Source of the DNA: Candidatus Krumholzibacteriota bacterium
Lineage (GTDB): Bacteria; Krumholzibacteriota; Krumholzibacteriia; JAJRXK01
Direction: 5' to 3'
Length of the DNA: 64,000 nt
NCBI GenBank assembly: GCA_963764625.1
Contig: CAVXTH010000007.1
Span: 160,001-224,000 of the forward strand
Shown: positions 47,969 through 59,088 of the stretch, piece by piece
How positions within the stretch are numbered: position 1 is the first letter of the stretch
Layout of the letters: each line of letters begins with the position of its first letter
Notes under the pieces: model-generated
Databases searched by the model: none
What the model was told of the DNA's origin: nothing
Seen by the model: the letters and a program-made list of their open reading frames with translations, nothing else
Made by a program: the position numbers and the translations under genes

Positions 47969-50428
47969 ATGGACGACAAAACCCTCGATCTCAATCAAGG
48001 CGGCGACGAGCCGTTCGAAGAGCAGGAGTCACTCTCTGCCGCCGAGATGCCTCGTCGCATCGGACATTACCGTCTCATTCGCTTGATCGGCGAAGGCGGG
48101 ATGGGGCAGGTGTACGAGGCCGAGCAAGTCGAGCCGTCTCAAACGCAAGGTCGCCCTGAAGATCGTCAAACGCGGCATGGACACGAAGGAGTTCGTGGCC
48201 CGCTTCGACTCCGAGCGTCAGGCTCTGGCGCTCATGGATCACCCCGCCATCGCCACGTGTCCACGACGCGGGAACCACCGAGGGTGGCCGTCCCTACTTC
48301 GTCATGGAGTTCGTCGAAGGCGAGCCCCTGATCGACTACTGCGATCGCAAGCAGCTCACGGTTCGATCAGCGACTCGAGCTCTTCGTCCGTGTGTGTGAA
48401 GGCGTCCAGCACGCGCATCAGAAAGTCATCATCCACCGCGATCTGAAGCCTTCGAACGTTCTGGTGACCGAGATCGACGGCACCCCGATTCCCAAGATCA
48501 TCGATTTCGGTGTAGCCAAGGTCACGGACAGCAAGGTGTTCGACAACACCATGTCGACATTTGCCGGTCAGTTGATTGGAACTCCGCAGTACATGAGCCC
48601 CGAGCAAGCGGATGCGGCGGGGCAGGGAATCGACATCCGGGTGGATGTCTACGCCCTCGGAGTCATCCTCTACGAACTGCTCGTGGGACAGTTGCCGTTT
48701 CCCGCCGAACGTTGGGAGAACATCGGTCTGACGGAGATGCTCCGGATCATTCGCGAAGAGGAGCCGCCCCCGCCCAGCGTGCGCGCGAAGGAACTTGAAG
48801 CCCACCCCGAGATTCTGAGTGTCATCGCCGAAGCACGCCGACTCGAACCGAATGCACTGGCCAAGACCCTGCGTGGTGATCTCGACTGGATCACGATGCG
48901 CGCGCTCGAGAAAGACCGCACGCGTCGTTACGAAACAGTCAAAGGTTTTTCCATTGATGTCGTGCGCTACCTGGACGACATGCCGGTCAGCGCGCGCCCG
49001 CCGAGCAAAGTGTACACGGTGAGGAAATTCATCCGTCGGCATCGTACCGGCGTAGTCGCGGGAGCTCTGGTTCTAATTGCCGTCCTACTGGGAATCATTG
49101 GCACCACCACCGGCATGATCCGTGCGGTACGAGCCGAGCACGCCGCCAGTCAGGAGGCTCAAACCGCGACCAAGGTTACCGATTTTCTCGTCAATCTCTT
49201 CGAGGTTTCCGACCCCGACCAAACCCGTGGTAACACGATCACCGCCCGTGAGATTCTCGACCAGGGCTCCGAGCGCGTTTCCAAAGAGCTGCAAGGGCAA
49301 CCGGAGACCGGGGCGCGACTGATGAACACCATCGGGAAGGTGTACAAGAACCTGGGTCTGTACGACGAGGCCGAGCCCAAGCTGAGCGAGGCGGTGGACC
49401 TGAGGCGCTCGGTTACCGGACCCGACGACCCTAAAGTTGCCGGATTCCAGGCGGACCTGGCCGACCTCTACATTGATCAGGGACGCTATCCCGAAGCGCA
49501 GCAGATGCTGGAGCAGGCACTGAACAAGATGGAGCGCAGCGGAAACGTGAGCGAGCTCAAACTGGCGGACAGCATGAACGAGCTGGCCGGGGCCCTTCGC
49601 CGCCAGGGCGAGTACGACGCCGCGCAACCTCTCTACGAGAGGGCAAGGGAGATTCGGATCAAGGAGTTGGGGAAGGATGCCCCTGCGGTGGCGAGCAGCG
49701 ACAACAGCCTGGCCATCCTCAACTGGAACAGGGGCCAATTCGACGAAGCGGAACGGCTCTACAAGTCGGCGCTTGCGATTTGGGAGAAGGCCTACGGCGA
49801 GAATCACTCGGACGTCGCCAAGGGGCTGAACAATCTGGCTGTGCTTTACCACCATCTGGAACGCTACGACGAGGCGGTTCCGCTCTACCTGCGGGCGATC
49901 GCGATCTACGAGAAAATCCTCGGACCCGATCATCCTCGAACTGCCGCAGCTTTCAACAACCTCGCGCTGGTTTACTCGGAACAGAAGAACTACAAGCTGG
50001 CGAGACAATATTATACTCGCGCGCTGGATATCAGGGAGCGCGTGCTGGGTCTCGATCATCCCGACGTAGCCCAAACCCTCAACAACTTGGCCAACCTGGA
50101 TCGTGACGAGGGGCAGTACGCGACTGCCGAGTCTCTTTATGAGCGCGCCCTCGCCATCCGTACCTCTGCCCTGGGCGCCGATCATGCCGACGTGGGCTGG
50201 AGTCTGCGCGACCTGGCGGTTCTGGCCTCCGATCGGGGCAAACAGGCGTGCGCGGACAGCATGTTCACCCGCGCCACCGACATTCTCTCCGCCGCGTTGG
50301 GCCCCTCCCACCCCGATCTGACCGAAGTTCTCGACGAGCATGCCGCGACCCTGATCAAGTTGGGAAAGAAAGCGGAGGCAGACAGTCTGAAGGCTCGCGC
50401 GGCCGCAATTCACGCCCAGAGTCGATGA
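47969..50428 (+). CDS. Hanks Ser/Thr kinase + TM + TPR repeats (frameshifts near 48140, 48260, 48360)
   Basis: [53 protein letters not shown]; kinesin-light-chain-type TPRs. Confidence 0.85.
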
Positions 50429-50587
50429 CGATTGAATTGCAATGGTGAGTCTGCTACCGTAATGCGGTACTGCAAGTAGCGCACGCCCGTGCCCGCCAGC
50501 TCCAGACCTACCGGCGATCTCCCACGGTACAGTCCGTGGCCAGCGGCCCGGCGATCCACCTTTCGTTACGGTCAATTGGGGGGCAAC

Positions 50588-51937
50588 ATGAAACTCGCGC
50601 GCATCCCGTTCCTGATCTTGACCTTCGCCGTTCTCTCCCTCGTCGCTTGTTCTAGTGGGCAGGATCCAACTGGAGTTGATCCGGCGGCCCAAAACGTGAT
50701 TCTCGACTTGAACCACTCGGTTACGGGAACTGACTGTCAGGGAGGTCCTAATCAATGGCTTACCTGGTCCGCTTCGACGGACGGACCGTGGACGAAGCCG
50801 GTACCACCTTCAGCTATACGGTGACCAACACCGGCGAGGAACCCGACCTTACCCACTTCATTCTCGAGATTCCTGGATGCGTGGATGATCCAGTTTCCTA
50901 CTACCCGGACGACGGGGTTTGCATCCACGAAGACGATCTCACTGAAATCTACGGTCTTGACTGGCAACTCTGCGTCTCATGCGGGGATGAGGTGGGCTGC
51001 CACTACTCGGTGACCTACCCGGGTGTGGTGCCGCTCGGCGAGGTGAGTTCCGCGGTGCGAACCAGCTGTGGCTCTGGGGTTGGCGTCGTTCCAGGGCCCG
51101 GCTGTGGGTACGAAATCTCCGGCCGCGTGTTCATGGACGCCGACCAGAATGGCCTGCTCGACTCCGACGAATCTGGTATCAGCAACGTGGTCGTGGAACT
51201 GCTTGACGCCACTGGCAACGTGCAGACCATGACGACCGATGAAACCGGTGCGTACGCCTTCCAGGAGAACCAGGGCGACTACACGATTTACATCAATACC
51301 GACGGTACCCTCTATCCGGATTCCTTCAACGCCCAGCTAGGCCAAACTTTCGACCCGACAACCCCGCTCATGGTCGAGGTCACGGTCGGTCCCGACTCGC
51401 CCGACCACAACTTTGGCTTTCATCCCCAGACGCAAGAACTCATTTATGAATTGGAGACCGGGGAGATACAGACCACGGGTCTGTCCGTGAAATACTGGAA
51501 AAAGACCCTGAAGAAAGCCCTACAAATGAAAGGCCCGACGCGGGACTACGGCCTGGAAACTCTCATCGGTTACGTCGATGATATCCGAGGACTCTTCATC
51601 GAGGACCCATTTGCTTTCGCGGATGGAGTCGAGGGTGTGCAGCAAGCCTTCGAGATTCTGAAGGGCCACTCCAAGGAACCGGTCGACGTCCTGCTGAGGG
51701 AGCTTCTCGCCACAGAGCTCAACCAAGTTTCCCATCAGGGACTACTCCGCAAGCCTAGACCTGCAGCTCACACTCATCTCCTGGGGTGAGTCCATCGTCG
51801 CCCAAGAGTGGGCGCCGCAGGCGCCCGCTCAAGAGACGCGATCACCCCGCTCGGAGCCCACAGGGGGCAATCTCGTGGACGCGCTCACGCTCTTCGAGCT
51901 GATGAATACCGGCGGAGGCGGTAGCGTGGACGAGTAG
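50588..51937 (+). CDS. Lipoprotein with SdrD-B-like domain (frameshifts near 50750 and 51760)
   Basis: Lipobox LVAC; ISGRVFMDADQNGLLDSDESGISNVVVEL...TTDETGAYAF; the reconstructed end reads LFELMNTGGGGSVDE*. Confidence 0.7.
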
Positions 51938-51945
51938 AGGTCGAG

Positions 51946-53301
51946 TTGGTGCGAGTTCATCGTTTTCGTTTCTCTTGCCCGCTCGCGATCCGCCTCGGAG
52001 TCGCGAGCGGGCTCTTTTTGCTCCTTGCCAGCACCGGCTGCACGCAAAGGTCGCATTCCGGAGATTCTCGCGAAGTCCTGTCCATTTGGGCCCATGCGGG
52101 TCGCGCGGACGAGCGAAAGATCCTCCAATCCCAGGTGCGACGTTTCAACTTTGAACATCAGGACTTCCAGGCGAAACTGACTCTTCTTCCCGAGGGCTCC
52201 TACAACGGACAGGTGCAGGCATCCGCGGTTGCGGGCGACCTGCCGGCCGTACTCGAGCTCGATGGACCCTACGTGGCGAACTATGCCTGGCAGAGACGGC
52301 TCCGTGCGCTCGATGGTCTGCTGAATCCGCAACTGCGTGACGACTTCCTTCCTTCGTTGCTGCAGCAGGGGAGCTACCGCGACAGCCTGTACGCCATCGG
52401 CACCTTCGATTCAGGACTGGGCCTCTACGCCCGCCGGTCGGCGCTGGAGGAGATCGGGGCACGAGTGCCGAGTTCCGCCAGTGAGGCTTGGAGTGTCGAA
52501 GAGTTCGAACGCATCCTGGCCGCCCTCGCACAGCGGGACGAGGACGGAATGGTCCTCGATCTCGGTCTGAACAACACGGGGGAGTGGTTTGCCTACGGCT
52601 TTTCCCCGGTGCTCCAATCCGCCGGAGCTGACCTGATCGAGCGGGGTGGAACCCCGAGGGCGGAGGGAACCCTGGATGGGCCGGCGTCCGTGGCGGCGCT
52701 GCAGCACATCCAGGACTGGATCGTGCACGGCTACGTCGATCCCAATCTGGATGATGCGGCGTTTTCCTCCGGTCGGGTGGCCTTGTCGTGGTCCGGACAC
52801 TGGAAATTCAGCAGCTTCTGCCCCAAAGGCGACTGTGAGGACTTGGTCCTCTTGCCACTACCCGATTTTGGGAAGGGCTCGCGCACCGGACAGGGCTCCT
52901 GGTGTTGGGCCGTCACAACCAACTGCAATCATCCTCGACGGGCTGCAGCGTTTCTGGAGTTCTTGTTGCGCACTCCGGAGATCCTGGCCATGACGAACGC
53001 CAATCACGCGGTGCCGGGTACGAAGAGCGCCATTGCCACCTCCGCCGACTATCGTGAGGGCGGGCCCCTGCATCTATTCGCCGCGCAGCTGAGCGGAGGC
53101 TTCGCGGTGCCACGTCCGCGCACGCCCGCCTATCCCATCATCAGTTCCGCCTTTCGGAAGGCCTTTCTCGACATCCGGGCCGGCGGACCTGTAAAAAGAG
53201 CATTGCAACGTGCCGCGAAACTGATCGATCGCGACCTCGCCGACAACCACGGTTATCCCGATCGGAGGAAGGCGTCGACCCACGAAGGGAAACGACGATG
53301 A
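51946..53301 (+). CDS. Sugar ABC transporter substrate-binding lipoprotein
   Basis: Lipobox STGC, ELDGPYVANYAW, PRPRTPAYP. Confidence 0.88.
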   Translation: MVRVHRFRFSCPLAIRLGVASGLFLLLASTGCTQRSHSGDSREVLSIWAHAGRADERKILQSQVRRFNFEHQDFQAKLTLLPEGSYNGQVQASAVAGDLPAVLELDGPYVANYAWQRRLRALDGLLNPQLRDDFLPSLLQQGSYRDSLYAIGTFDSGLGLYARRSALEEIGARVPSSASEAWSVEEFERILAALAQRDEDGMVLDLGLNNTGEWFAYGFSPVLQSAGADLIERGGTPRAEGTLDGPASVAALQHIQDWIVHGYVDPNLDDAAFSSGRVALSWSGHWKFSSFCPKGDCEDLVLLPLPDFGKGSRTGQGSWCWAVTTNCNHPRRAAAFLEFLLRTPEILAMTNANHAVPGTKSAIATSADYREGGPLHLFAAQLSGGFAVPRPRTPAYPIISSAFRKAFLDIRAGGPVKRALQRAAKLIDRDLADNHGYPDRRKASTHEGKRR

Positions 53302-54212
53302 AGAGCAATCCTCGAGTCGGCGAGTTCGGCGACGCGCAGGCGCGCGCCGCCTGGCTCATGGTGACGCCAGCCGTGGTGGGGTTGGTTCTCTTCGTCGCGG
53401 TTCCCTTTGTTCTGGCGGTGGCGATCTCGCTGACCAATCTTAGGCTCGGTGCACCCCTGCCGCTGGAATTCGTGGGGCTCCGCCAGTATGCGCGCATCTT
53501 CTCCGATCCCGCCTTCCTTCGGGCCTTGGTCAACAATACCGTTTTCGCACTGATCGTCGTGCCGGTTCAGACCTCGCTTGCGCTCGCGCTCGCGCTACTC
53601 CTGAATCGCAAACTGCGCGGCATGGTCGTGTTCCGCACCCTTTTCTTCATGCCGGTGGTCTTTCCGCTTTCTTTGGTCGCGGTGGTGTGGATTCTCATCT
53701 TCGCACCGAGCGCGCAGGGAATGATGAATGTCTTTCTCAGCCGCCTCAGTTTCGGCGCCTGGCAACCGCATGACTTTCTGCATGACCCCGTGTTGGCGCT
53801 GCCTTCGATCATGCTGACCTCGATTTGGCAGGGAACCGGATTTCAGATGGTCATTCTTCTGGCCGGATTGCAGTCGATTCCACAGCAGCTCTACGACGCG
53901 GCCCAGATCGACGGCGCGAATTCCTGGCGCCGCTTCCTCCACATAACGCTGCCGCAGCTGCGCAGCCCTCTGACTTTCGTGGTCATCGTAACCTCGATCC
54001 TCTCGTTTCGCGTCTTCGATCAGGTTCGGGTCATGACGCAGGGAGGGCCCAGCAACGCCTCGACGACCGTCATCTACGAGGCGGTGCGCAGCGCATTCGA
54101 TCGGGCCCAACTCGCGCAGGGCGCTGCCATGACCGTGGTGTTCTTCGTGTTGGTGCTGGGCATCACGCTGCTCTTGCATCGGGTCTTCCGACAGGAGGGT
54201 GAGATCAGATGA
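53298..54212 (+). CDS. Sugar ABC transporter permease
   Basis: EAA loop LYDAAQIDGA; multiple TM segments. Confidence 0.92.
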   Translation: MKSNPRVGEFGDAQARAAWLMVTPAVVGLVLFVAVPFVLAVAISLTNLRLGAPLPLEFVGLRQYARIFSDPAFLRALVNNTVFALIVVPVQTSLALALALLLNRKLRGMVVFRTLFFMPVVFPLSLVAVVWILIFAPSAQGMMNVFLSRLSFGAWQPHDFLHDPVLALPSIMLTSIWQGTGFQMVILLAGLQSIPQQLYDAAQIDGANSWRRFLHITLPQLRSPLTFVVIVTSILSFRVFDQVRVMTQGGPSNASTTVIYEAVRSAFDRAQLAQGAAMTVVFFVLVLGITLLLHRVFRQEGEIR

Positions 54213-55075
54213 GTGCGGCGACCCACCCGGCATCGGTCTCTTTCACGCGCCGACGTCTTCGAAGGACTGGCCTGTGGTTGCTCCTTTTGGCGGGAGCGCT
54301 GCTCTGGGTCGCGCCGCTTCTTTTCATGATGGTGGGCAGTCTGAAACCCGATGCGCGGATTCTTCACGAGGCAGGCTCGTGGCGCGCCTTCGTTCCCCGC
54401 TCGGTGTCGCTCGAAAACTATCACGACGTCTTCGCGCGAGTTCCCTTCCTTCAATTCCTGAAGAACTCGGTCTGGATCAACGGGCTCATCGTGGGTTTGG
54501 GGCTGGTGGTGAATTCTCTAGCCGGCTACGCGTTGGCACGCCTGCAATGGCCGGGACGGCGAATCGTCCTGGGCCTGGTGCTCGCGTTGCTCGTGGTGCC
54601 GTTCGAGGCCATCGCGGTACCGCTGTTCTATCAACTCTCGAGCCTGGGAATGCGCGATTCCTACTCGGTCCAGGTGTTGCCCTTCGTGGCTTATCCACTT
54701 TCCATCTATCTGTTCTATTCGTTCTTTCTGGATCTTCCCAAAGAGCTCGAGCAGGCGGCTAGGGTCGATGGGGCCGGCGTGTTGCGGACGTTCTGGATGA
54801 TCGTGGTTCCGAATTCCAAGCCGGCCTTCGCCAGCGTGGCCATCGTGAGTTTTCTCACCTTCTGGGGTCTGTACCTGTGGCCGCTCCTGATGACCACGGG
54901 AGAGCATGCACGGCCACTGCCTTTGGCCATCGCGACCTTTCAAACTCTACCTCCTTTGCAGTGGGGCGATATTCTCGCCTTTGGAGTGATGATGGTAGCG
55001 CCGGTGCTCCTCGTGTTCATTGCGTTTCAGGGTTGGTTCGTGCGCGGCGTGAGCAGCAGCGGAATCAAAGGATAG
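54209..55075 (+). CDS. Sugar ABC transporter permease
   Basis: LPKELEQAARVDGA; multiple TM segments. Confidence 0.92.
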   Translation: MSAATHPASVSFTRRRLRRTGLWLLLLAGALLWVAPLLFMMVGSLKPDARILHEAGSWRAFVPRSVSLENYHDVFARVPFLQFLKNSVWINGLIVGLGLVVNSLAGYALARLQWPGRRIVLGLVLALLVVPFEAIAVPLFYQLSSLGMRDSYSVQVLPFVAYPLSIYLFYSFFLDLPKELEQAARVDGAGVLRTFWMIVVPNSKPAFASVAIVSFLTFWGLYLWPLLMTTGEHARPLPLAIATFQTLPPLQWGDILAFGVMMVAPVLLVFIAFQGWFVRGVSSSGIKG

Positions 55076-55077
55076 TG

Positions 55078-56226
55078 ATGGCTGAAGTACGACTCGAAAA
55101 CCTCAGGAAGGTCTATCCCGGCGGGACCGTCGCTCTGGATCGCTTAGACCTGAACATCCACCAGGGTGAATTGGTGGCCGTGCTCGGGCCTTCGGGTTGC
55201 GGAAAATCCACTCTATTGAACCTCCTGGCAGGACTCGAAACCCCGAGCAGTGGAGAGATTCTTTTCGACGGCCGGTCCGTCGTGGGGATGGAGCCCCGCG
55301 AGCGGAACATCGCCATGGTGTTTCAGAATTATGCGCTCTATCCCCACATGACGGTGCGGGAGAATCTCGAGTTTCCCTTGAAGATGATGGGTCGCTCACG
55401 GGCCGAGATCGTCTCGGTGGTGGAGGAGACGGCGCGAGGACTCGGGTTGCAGGAATTGCTCGAGCGCAAGCCCCGCCAGCTGTCGGGCGGACAGGCGCAA
55501 CGCGTCGCCATGGGGAGGGCGATCGTGCGCGATCCCACGCTCTTCCTCATGGACGAACCGCTTTCCAACCTCGACGCGAAACTGCGGGTGGAGATCCGCT
55601 CCGTCATCACCCAGCTGCAAAGCAGCCTGGGCACGACAACCCTCTACGTGACGCACGACCAGGTGGAAGCTCTGACCATTGGGCAGCGCGTGGCCCTCTT
55701 GCGCAGCGGAGAACTGCAACAGCTCGATTCCCCGCAAAACCTCTATGACAGACCGGCCAACCTCTTCGTGGCCGGGTTCCTGGGCAATCCGGCCATGAAT
55801 CTGCTGCGTGCCGAACTCGAGATCGAGGAGGGAGCGCTGAACTTGAGGATCGGATCGCAGACCGTGGGTTTGTCCGCCGAGAGCGCGAAGCGCGCGCTCG
55901 CGGCCAACGCCCGCATCGTGGGGCTGCGGCCCGAGAACTTCGCCTGGCCCGAGGACCATCCCCACTGGCCGCAGGTAGAAGCTCGGGTAAGAACGATCGA
56001 GGTTCTAGGTCACGAGCAACTCCTGCACTTGGATGCGGAGGTTGCCACCGTGGATCCCGAGTCCATCGATCGCGGAGAGGGCCCGGAGTGGCTTCCGAAG
56101 AAGAAGGGCAAGCTGGTGGCCCGGGTCCCGATGCGGTCGGAGGTCTCGACTGAAATTCCCGTTCGACTCGCACTCGACGTGGATGCGCTTCATTGGTTCG
56201 ATGCGAGTGGAGCGGCGCTTCGCTGA
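55078..56226 (+). CDS. Sugar ABC transporter ATP-binding protein (MalK/UgpC-like)
   Basis: GPSGCGKST, LSGGQAQR, DEPLSNLDAKLR. Confidence 0.93.
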   Translation: MAEVRLENLRKVYPGGTVALDRLDLNIHQGELVAVLGPSGCGKSTLLNLLAGLETPSSGEILFDGRSVVGMEPRERNIAMVFQNYALYPHMTVRENLEFPLKMMGRSRAEIVSVVEETARGLGLQELLERKPRQLSGGQAQRVAMGRAIVRDPTLFLMDEPLSNLDAKLRVEIRSVITQLQSSLGTTTLYVTHDQVEALTIGQRVALLRSGELQQLDSPQNLYDRPANLFVAGFLGNPAMNLLRAELEIEEGALNLRIGSQTVGLSAESAKRALAANARIVGLRPENFAWPEDHPHWPQVEARVRTIEVLGHEQLLHLDAEVATVDPESIDRGEGPEWLPKKKGKLVARVPMRSEVSTEIPVRLALDVDALHWFDASGAALR

Positions 56227-56320
56227 GCTTCAGGCGGCACGAAGCTTCCGCTTGGCCTTGGAGCCCCCCTGCCCTTACATTGAATCTCTCTCCGCGCGCT
56301 TCGTCCCAAGGAGACTCTCG

Positions 56321-58982
56321 ATGCCACTTCAGCCCGGTCTGCGTTTGGGTCCCTATGAAATCGGCGAGCCGCTGGGAGCGGGGGGAATGGGCGAAGTGTA
56401 CCGCGCCCGCGACACCCGTCTCGACCGGACGGTGGCCATCAAGGTTCTGCCCGGGCATCTGTCGGCCAACCAGATCTTGCGCGAACGCCTCGACCGCGAG
56501 GCGCGCGCGATCTCTTCGCTTTCCCATCCGCACATCTGTGCCCTCTACGACGTGGGTCACCAGGAGGATCTCGACTACCTGGTGATGGAATACCTGGAAG
56601 GGCAGAGTCTCGCCGATCGCTTGAAGGATGGTCCGTTGCCTCCCGAGCAGGTGATCAACTTGGGCGCCGAGATCGCCCAAGCGCTCTCCGCCGCGCACCG
56701 CGCTGGCGTGGTGCACCGCGATCTGAAGCCCGGCAACATCATGCTCACCCGGGAAGGCGTCAAGCTGTTGGATTTCGGTCTGGCCAAACTGGGGGTGGAG
56801 CCGCAAGTCAGTGATTCCTCGCTGACGGTTCCCATCAGTTCCCGACACACGGGAGACCCTCTCACGGTGGAAGGTACGATTCTCGGTACCTACCAGTACA
56901 TGGCGCCCGAGCAAGTGGAAGGGAAGGACGCGGACGCTCGGACCGACATCTTCGCCTTGGGGGCGGTACTCTACGAGATGGCCACCGGCCGCCCGGCGTT
57001 CAGCGGAGGCAGTCAAGCATCGTTGATTGCGTCGATCCTCAAGGACCAACCGACTCCCATCTCGAACGTACAGGAGATGGCCCCGCCGGCCCTGGACCGC
57101 GTGGTGCGGGTGTGTCTGGAGAAAGATCCCGAGCAGCGCTGGCAGACGGCCCAGGATGTCGCCCTGCAACTCAGCTGGATCGCCGAGGGAGGTTCCGCCG
57201 CCGGGGTGCCCCGACCGGTGACGCACCGCCGCAAGAACCGCGAGCGGCTGGCCTGGATCGCGGCCGCCGTCTTTGGACTTGGCGCTGGTCGCGGTGGCAG
57301 TGCACGACGTTCTGCGGCCGGCTCCGCCGGAACCGCGGACCGTGCGTTTTCGCATCCCCGCCCCTGCGGGAATCGTTACGGCGGACGTGCCCAAACTCTC
57401 GCCCGACGGACGATTCGTCGCCTTCAACGCGACCGATTCGTTGGGAACCAGTCGCATCTGGCTGCAGCCACTCGATGCTCTGCTGGCGCATCCTCTGGCG
57501 GGAACCGAGGACGCGATGCGGCCATTCTGGTCCCCGGACTCCAAGGAGCTCGCGTTCTTTGCGGGGGATCAGCTCAAGCGAGTCGGGGTCGAGGGCGGCA
57601 CCATCCGCGTGTTGTGTGATGGAGTTCGTGGCGCCGACGGAAGCTGGAGCCAGGAGGGCGTGATTCTCTTCGACGGCGCGGCGGGCGATTCGATTCGTAG
57701 CGTGCCGGCCTCCGGGGGCGTTCCCCGTGGTGCGTCGATTCTCGACCGCGCGAGAGGACAGCAGGAGCACGCATGGCCGCACTTTTTGCCCGACGGCAAG
57801 CACTACCTCTTTCAGGCTCAATATCAGAGTGGAGCCGACAGCCTCTTCGTCGGGGAACTGGGTTCCACCGAGACGCATCTGTTCGGGCCCGCTGCGTCCC
57901 TGATGGGGTATTCCGATCCAGGCTACGTGTTGTGGGTTCAAGACGGAGCACTTCGCGCGCAGCGACTGAATACCAAGAAGTTCGAACTGGAGGGCGAACC
58001 CTTCCCCGTCACCACGCAGCTCAGCGTGGGAAGTTCGGGGCTGGCGAGTTTCTCGGCCTCGCGCAGCGGCGTTCTGGTGTATCGCAGCGGGGACACGGGC
58101 CTGCGCCGCTCCACCTGGGTGGACCGCACGGGAAAGAAGCTGCGCACCACAGGTCCCGCGGGGTACTACGGCAACCCGGACGTGGATCCGTCGGGACAAC
58201 GTATCGTAATCGAGCGGACAGATGGTCAGGCGGCAAAGCCCGATCTGTGGATTCTCGACAACAGCCGCGGCGTGAGCACCCGCTTTACCTACGACGTTGC
58301 CGAGGACACGAATCCCATTTGGTCTCCAGACGGTAGTCAGATCGTCTTTGCGTCGAATCGGTCGGGTCAGATGGACCTCTATTTGAAGAACGCCGATGGG
58401 ACAGGTCAAACCGTACCGGTGTGGCAAGACAGCACCTACAAGTTTCCCACCGACTGGTCGCGCGACGGCAAGATGCTCCTCGTGCAGCGCCGCATGCCCA
58501 ACGCCTCTTGGGACGTCTGGTCTTGGTCCCTGCCAAGCAACTCCGGAGCTCATTCGGTGATTGCTACGAGCGATCTCGAGGGACAAGCCCGATTCTCTCC
58601 CGACGGGCGGTGGGTCGCGTACACCGCCCTCGTGGGGAATCAGCTGCAGATCTATGTGCAGACCGCTTCCGGGGAAGGGGGGAAGTGGCAGATCTCTCTG
58701 GATGGAGGGAGCGAGCCCGAATGGCGTGGCGACGGCAAAGAACTCTACTTCCTCGGCATAGACCGCAGATTGATGGCGGTGGACGTCGATGCTTCATCGG
58801 GCTTTCGCGCCGGGACCCCGCATGCGCTCTTCCGGGCCAACGTGTCGGGAAACTACGTCACGCGGAACCGCTATTGCGTGGCGAAGGACGGTCAGAGCTT
58901 TCTGCTGCTCGCGTCGGACAGCGGGCAGGTGCCACCCATCACCGTCGTCCTCAACTGGACAGCCGAGATCGACGAGAACTGA
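56321..58982 (+). CDS. Hanks Ser/Thr kinase + TM + PD40/TolB-like beta-propeller (frameshift near 57275)
   Basis: LGAGGMGEVY, HRDLKPGN, DFGLAK; repeated SPDG/WSPD motifs; ends VVLNW. Confidence 0.88.
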
Positions 58983-59088
58983 TTTACTGCAGCCGCCGAA
59001 GTCGACGTGGGGGAGGGAAAGACTGCGAAGTCCTTACCAAGAGTGATCAAACCCAAGCAAAGGCCTGATTCGGGAACAGGTGGAGACC

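Noticed and set aside
49500-50350. Periodic repeats as a CRISPR or DNA repeat array
   Set aside because: They are protein-level 42-aa TPR repeats, not identical nucleotide repeats.
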